DNA of 64,000 nt from a virus. Taxonomy: Duplodnaviria > Heunggongvirae > Uroviricota > Caudoviricetes. A program made the translations under genes and the position numbers. Positions 8,416 through 19,200 of this stretch are shown here, one piece after another (position 1 is the first letter of the stretch; each line of letters begins with the position of its first letter). The notes below the pieces were generated by a model, which did not search any database, was not told where the DNA came from, and worked only from the letters and a program-made list of their open reading frames with translations. The stretch lies in IMG/VR virus record IMGVR_UViG_3300025316_000590, positions 64,134-128,133 of that record; one strand, written 5' to 3'.

Positions 8416-10743
8416 ATGTCAATAGCTGCTGCCGGAAATGGTGACTGGAACAGTATCACTCCAAATGCACCCTGGCCGAGTGGGACCATTCCCACTATCA
8501 CGGATGCCGTGGACCTGAATGGGAAAGCAGTCACGCTTGCCGCCACCGCCAACTGTCTCTCCCTAGTCAACGGCACTGGCACCGGCACGCTCACGATGGG
8601 CAACAATTCCATATTGAACTGTGCCACAATCACCACAGCGGCTCAGGTGATCGTCAATGGCACGAATTGTGTCATCAATGCTCAAACCATCACTGCCACG
8701 ACTGTCACTGCAATCTTTGTCAACGATGGATGCTCTGTTTCGGGGACCGGAAATATAACTGGTGGTTCTTCCGGCTCTGTTTATGGAATGGATTTATCTG
8801 GCTCTGGTGGCAACGCATTAGCTGGCACAGTAATTTCATGGTATGGAAATGTTACGGGTGGGGCTGGTTCTAGTTCTGCTGGTTTATATAGCAGAAATGG
8901 CGTAGTGCGATCCTGGTTCGGTAATGTTACAGCTGGTGGGTCCGCCAGTGCATACGGAGTATATTTTGGATATTCTGCATTCGCCGGAGCAGGGATAATC
9001 TATAACTGGTATGGGGATATTCGAGCGACTACTATAATTGGACTTTATCTTAATCATGGCGCAACTGTGGTTTCCTGGTATGGAAACGTCTACGGCGGAA
9101 CTGCTAATGGTGCTTATGGGATCAATAATGTTTCATCTACTCAAAATATCTATTCCTGGTATGGAAACGTCTACGGCGGAACCGTTTCAGGTGCTCATGG
9201 GGTCAGTTTTGGCAATCAGAGTCTTGCTATTTATTCATGGGTAGGTGACATATTCGCTACGGTAGTTGGAGCTTACGGCGTCTATACCTCTAACTCCAGC
9301 GGTAATACAGGTATTTTGTCATGGTACGGAAACCTTCACGCAAACACTGGTTGCTATGCAGTTTATTGCACTTCAACGAGTGGTACTAGAGTATTCTATA
9401 CCAGCATAGCTTGTCCAGCAGCGGCAGCGTATCAGGCAACTCCAACTCTGAATGCCGCACTCGTAACGGCGGCTTGGCAAGTTATGATGTTCGGCGGCAA
9501 TGTCTATACCATCGCCTATACCGGTGATGCCGTTGTTCCGAACCCTACCACGATTGACGGATACCTAATCACATCTGCCAAGAGCTATCAATTGGCCACA
9601 GGCACGGGAACCATCGTCGATCCCTCCACTGTGCTAGTGGGGGCAGCGGGGTATCCTACAGGAACCCGCGTGGACTGCCCCACTGCCGACGCCCGACACA
9701 AGGGGATCGGATATTACAAGGCAGGTGGTGCTAGCGATGGAACCTGTTATGTTCCAGCCGCGGCCAATGTGCGATCTGGAATTAGCGTCGATGCTACATC
9801 TGGAACCTGCATAGTGCCAGCCGCTTCCAGTGTGGCTTATGGCGTGCCGGTGGACGTTAGTCCCGGAGTTGGAACTGCGGTGCTGACGGCACAAGCGGCA
9901 CAGAACGCCGCAACCACCGCGCTCGGGGTAGCAGGATTCTCTGGTGCAACTCCGGACACTATTCCAGAGAAGATTACCAAAGCACTGAATCTACAAAGCA
10001 CGACTGCCGCGACTAAGGCCGCCGGAGAAGCGGGCGGGCTGGCGTTGTCGGATATAATCCAGATGTTTGGAATTGCCGGTATTCGGATGATTGGGAACCG
10101 CCCAAGTGGTGCTGCGTTCGATTACTCGTTTTATCCGTCTGAGGCTGGTGATTCCGGTGGTGTGTATTGGACCACAACGGACCAATTATCGTATATTACG
10201 ATTGCTGGGACAGGTGCTTATTGGACCATGGCCAGTTCCGAGGGAGATAGCATAACGGGAATTAGCTTAAGTCGCGGAATCCTATATAATTGGACGGTGA
10301 CCTCTGGGGGAAGTAGCGAGATCTCCAACATCACCGCCATCACCATCCAAGACGCCGCCACCGCCGCCATGCTGGGCGGCATCCAGGGATATCTGCCCGC
10401 CGTATCCCAGGTATCCATCAGCGGCAGCAAGGCCGCGGGCCTGGACGGGGTCTATAACATCAACGTCGGGGTCATTCACAATGGCACCCTTGTGTTCTTC
10501 AATAGTGCCGGCACCGCAGCCGTGTACAGCAGCACTGCCCTGGGCGTGTGGGTCGCCGCGGCTGTGACATCGGCCACCGCTATCGGCATTACAGACTCCC
10601 CCACGAACGGCCTTCGTGGCAACACCGGCCCGTATCCCACGGACGGCGTGTGGGGCGGCATGGGATCATACGCAACGAACATCGGTAACATCACAACTCT
10701 GGGTGTAGTACCGACCCTGACCAAAATTACTCAAAGGCGTTAA
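8416..10743 (+). CDS. Tail fibre / receptor-binding protein with beta-helix-like repeats
   Basis: Gly/Ala/Thr-rich, with repeated (S/N)WYG(N/D)(V/I)xGG units and an AT-richer central part. Confidence 0.7.
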   Translation: MSIAAAGNGDWNSITPNAPWPSGTIPTITDAVDLNGKAVTLAATANCLSLVNGTGTGTLTMGNNSILNCATITTAAQVIVNGTNCVINAQTITATTVTAIFVNDGCSVSGTGNITGGSSGSVYGMDLSGSGGNALAGTVISWYGNVTGGAGSSSAGLYSRNGVVRSWFGNVTAGGSASAYGVYFGYSAFAGAGIIYNWYGDIRATTIIGLYLNHGATVVSWYGNVYGGTANGAYGINNVSSTQNIYSWYGNVYGGTVSGAHGVSFGNQSLAIYSWVGDIFATVVGAYGVYTSNSSGNTGILSWYGNLHANTGCYAVYCTSTSGTRVFYTSIACPAAAAYQATPTLNAALVTAAWQVMMFGGNVYTIAYTGDAVVPNPTTIDGYLITSAKSYQLATGTGTIVDPSTVLVGAAGYPTGTRVDCPTADARHKGIGYYKAGGASDGTCYVPAAANVRSGISVDATSGTCIVPAASSVAYGVPVDVSPGVGTAVLTAQAAQNAATTALGVAGFSGATPDTIPEKITKALNLQSTTAATKAAGEAGGLALSDIIQMFGIAGIRMIGNRPSGAAFDYSFYPSEAGDSGGVYWTTTDQLSYITIAGTGAYWTMASSEGDSITGISLSRGILYNWTVTSGGSSEISNITAITIQDAATAAMLGGIQGYLPAVSQVSISGSKAAGLDGVYNINVGVIHNGTLVFFNSAGTAAVYSSTALGVWVAAAVTSATAIGITDSPTNGLRGNTGPYPTDGVWGGMGSYATNIGNITTLGVVPTLTKITQRR
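9072..9182 (+). repeat. Perfect 30-nt direct repeat inside the fibre gene
   Basis: TTCCTGGTATGGAAACGTCTACGGCGGAAC at 9072-9101 and 9153-9182. Confidence 0.9.
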
Positions 10744-10745
10744 TC

Positions 10746-11387
10746 ATGAGCACGGGCACGATCACGAGCGCAAGTGGAATCACGGTGACGGCATCGGGCC
10801 GATATCACGCTATCGACGACGTGGCATTGTGTTTTGGCATCGACAATATCGTGATCTGGTTGCGGCTGGGAGCGAGCGACACCGGCGACACGGTCGTGAA
10901 CGGCGCAGTAACCGTGAAGGGTACGATGAGCGCACGAGCCCAGCACATCATTAACTGGACGGAGAGCCTAGTGGATTCCTGGTTCCGCCGCAGCCGCTAC
11001 CTGACGCCGTTCACCCTGCCGCCACCGCTGGAGGTCGAGGAGATATGCTCGCACCTGAGCGGCAGTAAGATGTACGAACCGCGAACCACTGACGACTACA
11101 GCGGTGAGGGTGGGGCGTCGCCCCTGAAGACCTTCGTGATGGCCAAGCGGAAAGAAGCTATGGACACCATCAAGCAAATCCTCGCCGGGAAGATGGAACT
11201 TAACGCGGCCCTGGATCCCAGTATCACCGAGGCTCCAGCCCTGGTGCGAACGGATAGCATGCGTATGCACCAAGTTCGCAGCCAGGAGATCAACCTCGAT
11301 GCCTTGGCAAACATGATACTGACCTCGGACGGCGGCCAGCAGGCGTGCTTCAGCGATGGTAGTCCGCCGCCTCCCACGGGATGGTAA
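10746..11387 (+). CDS. Head-tail adaptor (Mu gp36/DUF1320-like)
   Basis: Pattern I......VDSWFRRSRYLTPF..PPP.EV..IC...Y..R....KRKEAMDTIKQILAGKMEL, plus gene position. Confidence 0.6.
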   Translation: MSTGTITSASGITVTASGRYHAIDDVALCFGIDNIVIWLRLGASDTGDTVVNGAVTVKGTMSARAQHIINWTESLVDSWFRRSRYLTPFTLPPPLEVEEICSHLSGSKMYEPRTTDDYSGEGGASPLKTFVMAKRKEAMDTIKQILAGKMELNAALDPSITEAPALVRTDSMRMHQVRSQEINLDALANMILTSDGGQQACFSDGSPPPPTGW

Positions 11388-11412
11388 CCGATTAGTTTGC
11401 GGGAGTGTTCTA

Positions 11413-11991
11413 ATGTCCTTAGTCATCGGAAATGATCCATTCAGCCTAGCGTTCACCGGCCTGTGGAGCACGCTTAACGCGTCGCCCGCGTTTACGTCGG
11501 TGGTTCCTACGACGAACCAGATCCACTACGATATGGGGAATCGTCAGCCCGAGAAGGTAATGGGACCGGCATCAAATGAACTGCCTGCCGACCGACCTCT
11601 GGTGCGTATCCAGCCGCGGGGCGGTGTATCGTACCTGCCAAGCGGCATCGCGTCGAACAGTACCAAGCTCGTCAAGCGATATCAGATACTGGTGGCCCTC
11701 GGTGATCTGCGTGTAAATGTCTGGCTCCATCCGCTACAATTCATCATTGTTGGTGCGCTGGCTAACTGGGAAACCTACCTCACGACGCTGACGTGGCAGG
11801 GGCGGGTATGTACAGACCAGTTCATCAAGGTGCTGCGTGTGGATGATATACCAGAGGGCAAGAACCTCGCCGACGCAGCGAAGGGCATTAATACATGGGC
11901 GGCCTTATTTAACATATCATTGGAGATGTGGTTCACTACCAGGAACTTGATAGCCCTACAACCCGGCGATATCAGCATAGGAGAATTTTAA
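11413..11991 (+). CDS. Tail terminator-like structural protein
   Basis: Position and size in the neck module; no decisive motif. Confidence 0.45.
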   Translation: MSLVIGNDPFSLAFTGLWSTLNASPAFTSVVPTTNQIHYDMGNRQPEKVMGPASNELPADRPLVRIQPRGGVSYLPSGIASNSTKLVKRYQILVALGDLRVNVWLHPLQFIIVGALANWETYLTTLTWQGRVCTDQFIKVLRVDDIPEGKNLADAAKGINTWAALFNISLEMWFTTRNLIALQPGDISIGEF

Positions 11992-11994
11992 GTT

Positions 11995-13167
11995 ATGAGT
12001 ATGATCAACGACAACCTTACGGTCACGGGCACGCTTCAGGCCGGTACTACCGTGCTGTCCGCTGGGTGTGTGAACGACACAATCGTCGCCCAGAACGCGG
12101 GTATCGCCGCCGCCAAATTGTGGCATCGCTATCGTAAGTCGCACGGGCCTGACGCCATTCTCATTCCAGGCACGAACTGCCTGCACCTCGTGCAGACGAC
12201 CAACGGGGCAACGCTGAACAGCGTCTACTTCGGGGCTCGGCTGATCGATACGAACGCCGCCCACACGTCGAACGTGGTGCTGGACGTGCGACGCAACGGC
12301 GTATCGGTACTTAGCTCGCCCGGCCCGATGTTCTTCGGATCAGCGGGCTGGTCTCCAGCCTCCTGGGCCGCGGGCAACGGCGACGGTGCGGCTGGAGTCT
12401 ATCTGGTGGGTCAAGTGGTGCAGGACAACGCCACAGGCGGCAACGGGTACTTCTACGTCGCCGTGGTGGCAGGCGGCGGGGCAACAGCACCGCACTTGGA
12501 CGTTTGGTCGACAGGCAGCCCAACAAACCACTGGCTCCAGGTGGCGAACGCGGGAATTACAGCATCGGCGGGTGGCGGCGGGAACCGCTTGGCTTTGTGC
12601 GTACCGACGCTGATCTTGTCCACGCTGAGCCAGTATGATTGGCTCGACTTTGTTATCATATCGACTTACCCAGGCGCACCGACCATCGCTACCGCAACCA
12701 TCAGCGTGACTGGCAGCAACGCGACTACGATCAAAACGGCGGCAACTCTGTCAGCCGGGCAGACCGGCACGATGCTCACGGGCGGGCAAGCGGGCCGGTA
12801 CTTTACCGTGGTTTCAGGATCAGCCCCAACTTATACGGTCACGAGCAACTTCGCCAACACGGCGGGCACTACGGCCCTGTGGCCCGCCGCCGGCGACGCT
12901 ATTTGCCTGAGTACGATATCGAACGTGGGCGTAAGCACGCCCACCCTTATCTACACCGCGGCTACCTTGACTGCGGGTCAGCCGTACTCGCTCAGCAGCG
13001 GGGCTCAAGCCGGTCGGTACTTTACCGTGGTTTCAGGGCCTGTCGGTGGGGCTTACGTGGTCACCAGTAACATGACGGCTGGGCCGCAGCCCGGTGATAT
13101 CATTGGACTTGGTATCATACCGCAGGGGCTGTATGGTTGTGTGGAAGTCGAAGAGGCTGCCCTGTGA
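11995..13167 (+). CDS. Virion structural protein with internal repeat
   Basis: GQAGRYFTVVSG and AQAGRYFTVVSG repeat; composition is fibre-like. Confidence 0.6.
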   Translation: MSMINDNLTVTGTLQAGTTVLSAGCVNDTIVAQNAGIAAAKLWHRYRKSHGPDAILIPGTNCLHLVQTTNGATLNSVYFGARLIDTNAAHTSNVVLDVRRNGVSVLSSPGPMFFGSAGWSPASWAAGNGDGAAGVYLVGQVVQDNATGGNGYFYVAVVAGGGATAPHLDVWSTGSPTNHWLQVANAGITASAGGGGNRLALCVPTLILSTLSQYDWLDFVIISTYPGAPTIATATISVTGSNATTIKTAATLSAGQTGTMLTGGQAGRYFTVVSGSAPTYTVTSNFANTAGTTALWPAAGDAICLSTISNVGVSTPTLIYTAATLTAGQPYSLSSGAQAGRYFTVVSGPVGGAYVVTSNMTAGPQPGDIIGLGIIPQGLYGCVEVEEAAL

Positions 13168-13811
13168 AATTGAATGTGAAGTGCAAAATCGATATGTCGG
13201 GATTCCGCAACCTGCGTGATCGCGTCGTTCGTATTGCACGTAAGGATACTTCAGGTGATGCTGCTCTGGAGGAGCTTGATCGTTCGTGGATGCGGCGGGT
13301 TCGGCAGTTCGTTGCCGATCATTTCGCAAAATCATCACAGGGTGGTGGCGACTGGACGGCTCTAGCCGAAGCAACCATGAAAGCCCGTGCCCGTGAGGTG
13401 AACGCCATCCGCGAGGCCCACGGGCAGAAGCCACTTAAGCTGGCCCGCACGAAGGGCGGAGAAGTATCACCAAGACGGAATCCAAATTCTGTCTCGCTTG
13501 GTGGGGGCAATTTCCCTATACTGGACGCTAATGGTACTTTGCGTGACGCGGTATCGTCCTTGGATGATGGATCGTCGATCATACAAGAGGCGAGCCCCTT
13601 GTTGGGGCGAGGTGGCCTTTTGTTCGTCGGCGGCGAGGCTGATGGTGGAATACTTACGTCAGAATTAGCAGCCATTCATCAACAGGGTAACGACCGCATG
13701 CCACCACGTGAGATCATCCCCGAAGAACTGGATGAAGACTGCAAGGCCGGTATGATGGAAGACTTGCAGGAAGCCATAAAACGAATCAAAGAAGAAACAA
13801 AGATTAAATAG
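13164..13811 (+). CDS. Virion morphogenesis / tail completion protein (Mu gpG-like)
   Basis: Motifs DWTALAEAT, ILDANGTLRDAV and AAIHQQG..MPPREII. Confidence 0.7.
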   Translation: MKLNVKCKIDMSGFRNLRDRVVRIARKDTSGDAALEELDRSWMRRVRQFVADHFAKSSQGGGDWTALAEATMKARAREVNAIREAHGQKPLKLARTKGGEVSPRRNPNSVSLGGGNFPILDANGTLRDAVSSLDDGSSIIQEASPLLGRGGLLFVGGEADGGILTSELAAIHQQGNDRMPPREIIPEELDEDCKAGMMEDLQEAIKRIKEETKIK

Positions 13812-13820
13812 GAGCATGCA

Positions 13821-14324
13821 ATGCCTACGCCAGTTGGACTTCGTCCCCTTCTCATCGCCAAGAACTACACCATCAATGGTGTACAGTTGCCCGCCCTTAA
13901 CCTATCGGCCACATCCGCAGACGGTGACCAGGTGGGTCCGGTTACGATTCCGAACGCTGGTGCGGGTATCGTGGGTGTGGCTCAAACCATCAACGCCCTT
14001 AACGGGCTGATTTCGGCCAACGCCGTGATGGTCTACTTGCTCGCCACTGGTGCTGACGTCGAGGTCGATATTACAGCATCTGGTGGTCCAGCGACAACGT
14101 ATAAGTTCTGCCTCACGGCGGGCGTCCCGTATATGTGGGATGCCGCGTCAGGCGGAACCAATCCGCTCACGCTGGCCGGCACTACGGTTACGGCAACCAC
14201 GGCGACGAACCGCGGATCGAGCGGAGCGTCGGGAACCAGCGGCACTGGAGCAACGAACTGGGGTTTGACGCCGACCAGTGCAAACGCCGCCACCCTGGTC
14301 ATGTACATTGAGGTTAACTCGTAA
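13821..14324 (+). CDS. Structural hypothetical protein
   Basis: AGGAG RBS; lies in the tail operon. Confidence 0.65.
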   Translation: MPTPVGLRPLLIAKNYTINGVQLPALNLSATSADGDQVGPVTIPNAGAGIVGVAQTINALNGLISANAVMVYLLATGADVEVDITASGGPATTYKFCLTAGVPYMWDAASGGTNPLTLAGTTVTATTATNRGSSGASGTSGTGATNWGLTPTSANAATLVMYIEVNS

Positions 14325-14365
14325 TCTTACACGCAACAGCAAACTAAAAATCGAGGGAGTATATC

Positions 14366-15535
14366 ATGCCCGCAACATTAACCGTCTATTCCGGCATCAA
14401 CGGCTTTGTCGGAAACGCTGCCGACAGTGCGGTGTCACTGCCCGCCGCTCCGACCAATACGATTAATGCCATCGGCAAGTGGGACATCAACCACAAGGCC
14501 GAGCTATCGGAGGTCGCGTCATCGGCTACGGCTCAGGCGATGGACCGCGTGGCGGGCAACGACGACTGGGACGGAAATTACATGGCCTATGGTGATTCGC
14601 CCGCGTACTTTCCGGGCGACTTCCTCATGATTTACGGGTTTGTGACGTCGAGCACCGTAGGCCCGCTGGCCAAGTACATGAGTGGCCGCGGCATCGTCGA
14701 TGAGGTCAGCGTCAAGCTGGATATCGAGGGTGCGAAGGAAATCGAGCATAGCGTCAAGATGTCGTGTGCCTACAACGGCATTGCCAACGGACAGCTCAAT
14801 CCCAGTGCGACGGAGGTACTGGCTCCTTACGACAGCAGCCCCATGAACGTGGCGAGTGCCGCGGGATGCGTGGTGGCCATCGCCCTGCCCGCATCCACAC
14901 CCGCAAGCCAGACATGGTATGTTCTCAAGGACGTGCGGTCGGTAGACTTGTCCCTGAAGACGTCCAACAAGAACTACCACTCCAGCGCGACAGCCAACCT
15001 CGACCAGAGCATCGCCACGGGCGGGTCGCCGGGTGGCATCTGGCGTAACTGGTGCGGTCGCGTGCGAGGCAATATGGACGCCACGGTCAGCGTGACGCAG
15101 TACGCCATCCCCGAAGAACTTATCCCGAACAAGGCCATTCTTGGCGTTCGTATCTACACGACGCCGCCGCCGTTGACTGAATTCTCGGCGGGTGCCACGT
15201 TCCTTCGATTGGACGGCACGACCAGCAACAGCGCACCGGGCATCGCAGTCACGGGAACCCTGCAGAACAGCAGCGCGGCTCGTTATTGGGAAGTCGACTG
15301 GATCCAGTTCCAGGCACACTCAGGCATCGAGGTTGACCGCAAGACAGCGAATATCCTCGGGGCAACAACCAACGGCGGCCTTAAGGCCGTGGCCAATATC
15401 AGCAACCTGTACCTGACCGCCAGCGGTGGTACACCGACGTTTGGCATGATCAAACCGCCGGCATACGGCAGCGTGGGATCGTCCTACCTGACGCCCGCAA
15501 CGTACTGGTGGCCCTGGACGCTACCTCGCAGTTGA
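14366..15535 (+). CDS. Major tail tube protein (putative)
   Basis: Precedes the chaperone pair and tape measure gene; beta-rich with two repeated tube-like halves. Confidence 0.6.
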   Translation: MPATLTVYSGINGFVGNAADSAVSLPAAPTNTINAIGKWDINHKAELSEVASSATAQAMDRVAGNDDWDGNYMAYGDSPAYFPGDFLMIYGFVTSSTVGPLAKYMSGRGIVDEVSVKLDIEGAKEIEHSVKMSCAYNGIANGQLNPSATEVLAPYDSSPMNVASAAGCVVAIALPASTPASQTWYVLKDVRSVDLSLKTSNKNYHSSATANLDQSIATGGSPGGIWRNWCGRVRGNMDATVSVTQYAIPEELIPNKAILGVRIYTTPPPLTEFSAGATFLRLDGTTSNSAPGIAVTGTLQNSSAARYWEVDWIQFQAHSGIEVDRKTANILGATTNGGLKAVANISNLYLTASGGTPTFGMIKPPAYGSVGSSYLTPATYWWPWTLPRS

Positions 15536-15644
15536 TTCAATGGCTGGGGGCGGCGGTCGGCCTGGATGATTCGGCTTCCGGGTAAGATGACCTCCGCCGT
15601 GCCCCAGCCTAAAATAGTTCCTTCATCATCTAAAGGAGAATATA

Positions 15645-16082
15645 GTGACGACGCAAGCTCAAGCTACGGGAGCATCCGTACCCGTGCAGATTGGCGAGAA
15701 GACATTCATGGCCAGTATGCTGTCCGACCGGCAGTGGGGTGAACTCACCCTATGGCTGCAGGCCCGCCAGCTTCGCATAGCCAAGGCCGCCATCGATCCC
15801 GAGTTGAACGAGCCTGATCATGACCGCGAGGAGTCTCGTGTCATGTCTTTGATCAGCCGCCTCGACGCTCGCATGTCGATGCGTGATATTGCGTCTGTTC
15901 CCGATGGATTCTCATACTGGACGTGGCAGCTTCTTCGCAAATCTCATCCTGCTATCACGATTGAGGAAGTGCACCAGATGATCGAGGCCAGTCCGGGCGA
16001 CACCAAGAACGTGTACGAGGCATGGAAGCTCCTGAACGCCGTTGGTGAAACCCGCCCTCCCGCAGCCGCGAAACAGGCGTAA
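15645..16082 (+). CDS. Tail assembly chaperone (G-like)
   Basis: Lies between tail tube and tape measure genes. Confidence 0.6.
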   Translation: MTTQAQATGASVPVQIGEKTFMASMLSDRQWGELTLWLQARQLRIAKAAIDPELNEPDHDREESRVMSLISRLDARMSMRDIASVPDGFSYWTWQLLRKSHPAITIEEVHQMIEASPGDTKNVYEAWKLLNAVGETRPPAAAKQA

Positions 16083-16267
16083 TGCCTGATAGCGGCGAGG
16101 TTTACAGGGCTCTTGCGAGTCGCTACGGGTTCGGGCCGGACATTGTGGCGAACATGACGGCGGATCAGCAGCTCATGTACTTTGAGGACTCGCAAGGAAA
16201 ATCCGTAGAGGTTTGCGGTACGATGGAGGAGGCCCGCGCCCTGCAGGCTATGCTACGCGGAGGATAG
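16082..16267 (+). CDS. Tail assembly chaperone (T-like)
   Basis: TAATG overlap. Pattern YRALASRYGFGPDIVANMT..Q...Y is typical of T-like segments. Confidence 0.6.
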   Translation: MPDSGEVYRALASRYGFGPDIVANMTADQQLMYFEDSQGKSVEVCGTMEEARALQAMLRGG

Positions 16268-16271
16268 TAAT

Positions 16272-19200
16272 ATGGCTCATGGTGACGTTGATACAACATT
16301 TGAAGCTGATCCTAGTCCGCTTCTGGGAGCTATCGATAAGTCCAAGGAGGCTTTCGAGAGCCTATCTAATAAGGTCGCCCTTGTTGCCGGCCTAGCGGAA
16401 ATTGCGTTTGCTTACGTTACCAACGCCTCGGCCAATCATATCGTGGCCATGAAGCGGTTGTCCGATCAGTACGATATGAACATCAAGACCGTGCAGGCGT
16501 TCAGCATTGCTATTCAGGAGCAAGGCGGAAGTGCCGAGCAGGCGATGGGTATGATCCAGCGCTTTGAGATGCGTTTGGGTCAGGCTGAAATGGGATCGGG
16601 ACGTCTGGGTAAAGCCATCCGCCGCATGGGTCTCGATCTTGATACCCTGAAGTCCGAGGATGCTGCGACCGCCCTCACTGACGTGTTGTCTCACATCAAC
16701 GAAATTCAGGGCGGTAGCGAACGCATGGCCATTGCCCGCCAGCTAGGTCTTGGTCCAGAAGCCATCCGAGCCTTCCAAGAAGGCGGGGAGGCGATGGAGG
16801 AGTATAAGAAGAAGGCCGAGGAGATGGGCGTCGCCATCGACGACCAGAAGGCCACACAGGTTCTTCAGGCAAAACTGGCGTATCAGGAGCTTCACCACTC
16901 GCTGGAAGGTTTGGCTCAGACGATTACGATTGCCGTAGCACCAACTGTGAAGATGCTGTCAAAGACTCTGGCTGAGCTAGTGCAGTGGTTCACACGACAC
17001 CAGTTCGTTGCCACGTTTGCAGCATCATTTGCGGGCTTGGTTGCTGGGGCTGTGAGCGTCGCGTGGACTATCCAGAAGGTGATCAAGGTCACGGAAACTC
17101 TGGCTGCGGTCACGAAGCTTTCGGCTATCGCCAACTTGTTCTGCATGGCTACGGCAAAAGCGAAGGCCACATCCGAGGTCGGCGATGCCCTTGCTACGAC
17201 TGTCGATACGGTGGCGACTAACGCCAACACCGCCGCCAAATACCGCGAGGCTGCGGCTAATGTCGCGGTTCAGGCGTCCAATCCCGCCGGCTGGGTTATG
17301 CTGGCTGTCGCTGCCGTGGCGGCCCTAGCTGTTGCTTGGTGGAACGCAGCACAGGCTACAGACGATGCTGCCGATAAGGCGGAAGGGGCACGTGAGGAAA
17401 CCGAACGCCTTCAGCACGCTCAGGACAAGGCGGCTAAACTGCACGAGTCTGAGTTCAATAAGTTTTTTGCGGGGAATGATTCGACGCAGCACATGTCCTC
17501 CGGCGGGGAGATGTTCGACAGTATGTCGGACTCGGCCAAGCACGCTCAGGACGAAGTTGATAAGGCATTCGACAAGGCCCACGAAGCCTACGATAAATGG
17601 TCAAAGCTGAATGACGAGTGGAGTGCCCTGCCACTGAAAGGCCCGAGTACGGCTACGGTCGATAAGGCTGGAGCCGAAGTTGACGCGGCTAATAAGGAAT
17701 ATGCTGACGCACTGGAGGTGTGGAAGCAGGTAGCCGAAACAAAGGCTGGAGCCATTGCTAAGGCGATGGGTAAGATGTGGGAAGAAGGCATGATGCCGGA
17801 AACCATGAAGGGCCGTAAGGCGGCGGCAACAGCCCTTACCGAGGGCATGTTCGGCAGTCCCATGCAGCAGATCAAGGTGCAGGAGCGTGCCCGTAAGCAA
17901 CTTGATGATTTGATAGCTAATCCGCGTGCCATCGAGAAGCTGGAAAAGGAGGCATCGGAGAAGGCCGGGCATCAGGTTCACTTCGAGGCCGGTCGAGCTA
18001 CACGCGAGATGCACGACGCACAGTTAAAGCAGGCCGGTATCGCTCCAGAGGCAGCATCTGAAATCGGCAAGCTCAACGATACCATTCGCCGGAATGTCGA
18101 GATTAATAAGCTTGGTATCATCACCACGGATACCATGATCCGTGAGTTCTATAAGCTGACGTCAACGTTCGGAGTTACCGAGTCAAAGGCCGACGCGTAC
18201 AGGCATCAGATGGCGGCGATTGCCGCTACCGACTGGACAGGGCACGAGAAGGAGCATCAGCAGGCCATAGATGCTACGACAGCGAAGTTCTCCGGTGTGA
18301 AGGACGCGGCCAAAGACTACAATCGAGCCCTCGACGACATCAAAAAATCACACTTCGACAAGGCCACCGAGGCGAAGGCCATTGCCAAGATTGGCGAGGA
18401 GTATTTCCACGTCAAGGACGCCGTGCTGGAATATCAGAAGGCCAGCGACGCCATCAACCGATCTAACATGTCCTCGGACGAGAAGGCCAAGGCGAACCGA
18501 GCCCACGTATCCAGCACTTTCGGCATCAAGGAAGAAGGCCAGGACTTCCTACAGCGTAAGAAGGAACTGGAAACAATGCTCGCGGGCGCACCGAGTTTGC
18601 TGGATCGGGCCATGCAGGAAGCCCGCAAGAAGGCGTTCGGCGAAGGATCCCTCACAGCTACCGATAAGGACACGGAGAAATGGCGTCGCATCGATGAGCT
18701 TCAGTTCGCGGGAGCGTTCGGTAACAAGCCGGGTACGGGCGTTGGTGATATGACCGGCGAGCAGAAGGCGGCCATGCTGGAGATGGGTGGCTACAAGGAA
18801 GCTGCTGAAATGGCCCGCGGCGGCAAAGCTGGTGTGATGCAGTTTGAACTGGCTTCTCTGGAACTGCACAGGGAGGCTATGACCGCCGTGGGCTACCGCA
18901 AGGAGCAGGTCGCCATCATGAACAAGCTCGCCAAGGAGGCCGGTGCGAGCGACGTGCGGTCGCCTAGCGAGGTGCTGAACGAAACGTCGGCTCATATCCG
19001 TGAGGCGTTTGACGCCGGTATATTTGGCAACGGTCCGCAGGTGGCGGCATTGCGTCGTAAGCTGGAACACCAGGCCGATGAGAAGTGGTCGCAAGCTATG
19101 GGTCTCAGCGGCGAGGGTATGAAGGCAAGCAGAGGTGGAGTCCCAGGTGAGTTGGCTGATGCCTTGCGGAACCTCACCGAGAACCGGGCGGAGCTAATTG

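Noticed and set aside
8416-10743. Diversity-generating retroelement acting on the fibre gene
   Set aside because: The repeats are in-frame coding repeats without adenine-specific mismatches, and no reverse transcriptase is in the window.
16040-16090. Programmed -1 frameshift between the tail chaperones
   Set aside because: The frames are compatible, but I found no X-XXY-YYZ slippery heptamer. The TAATG overlap can be explained by translational coupling.
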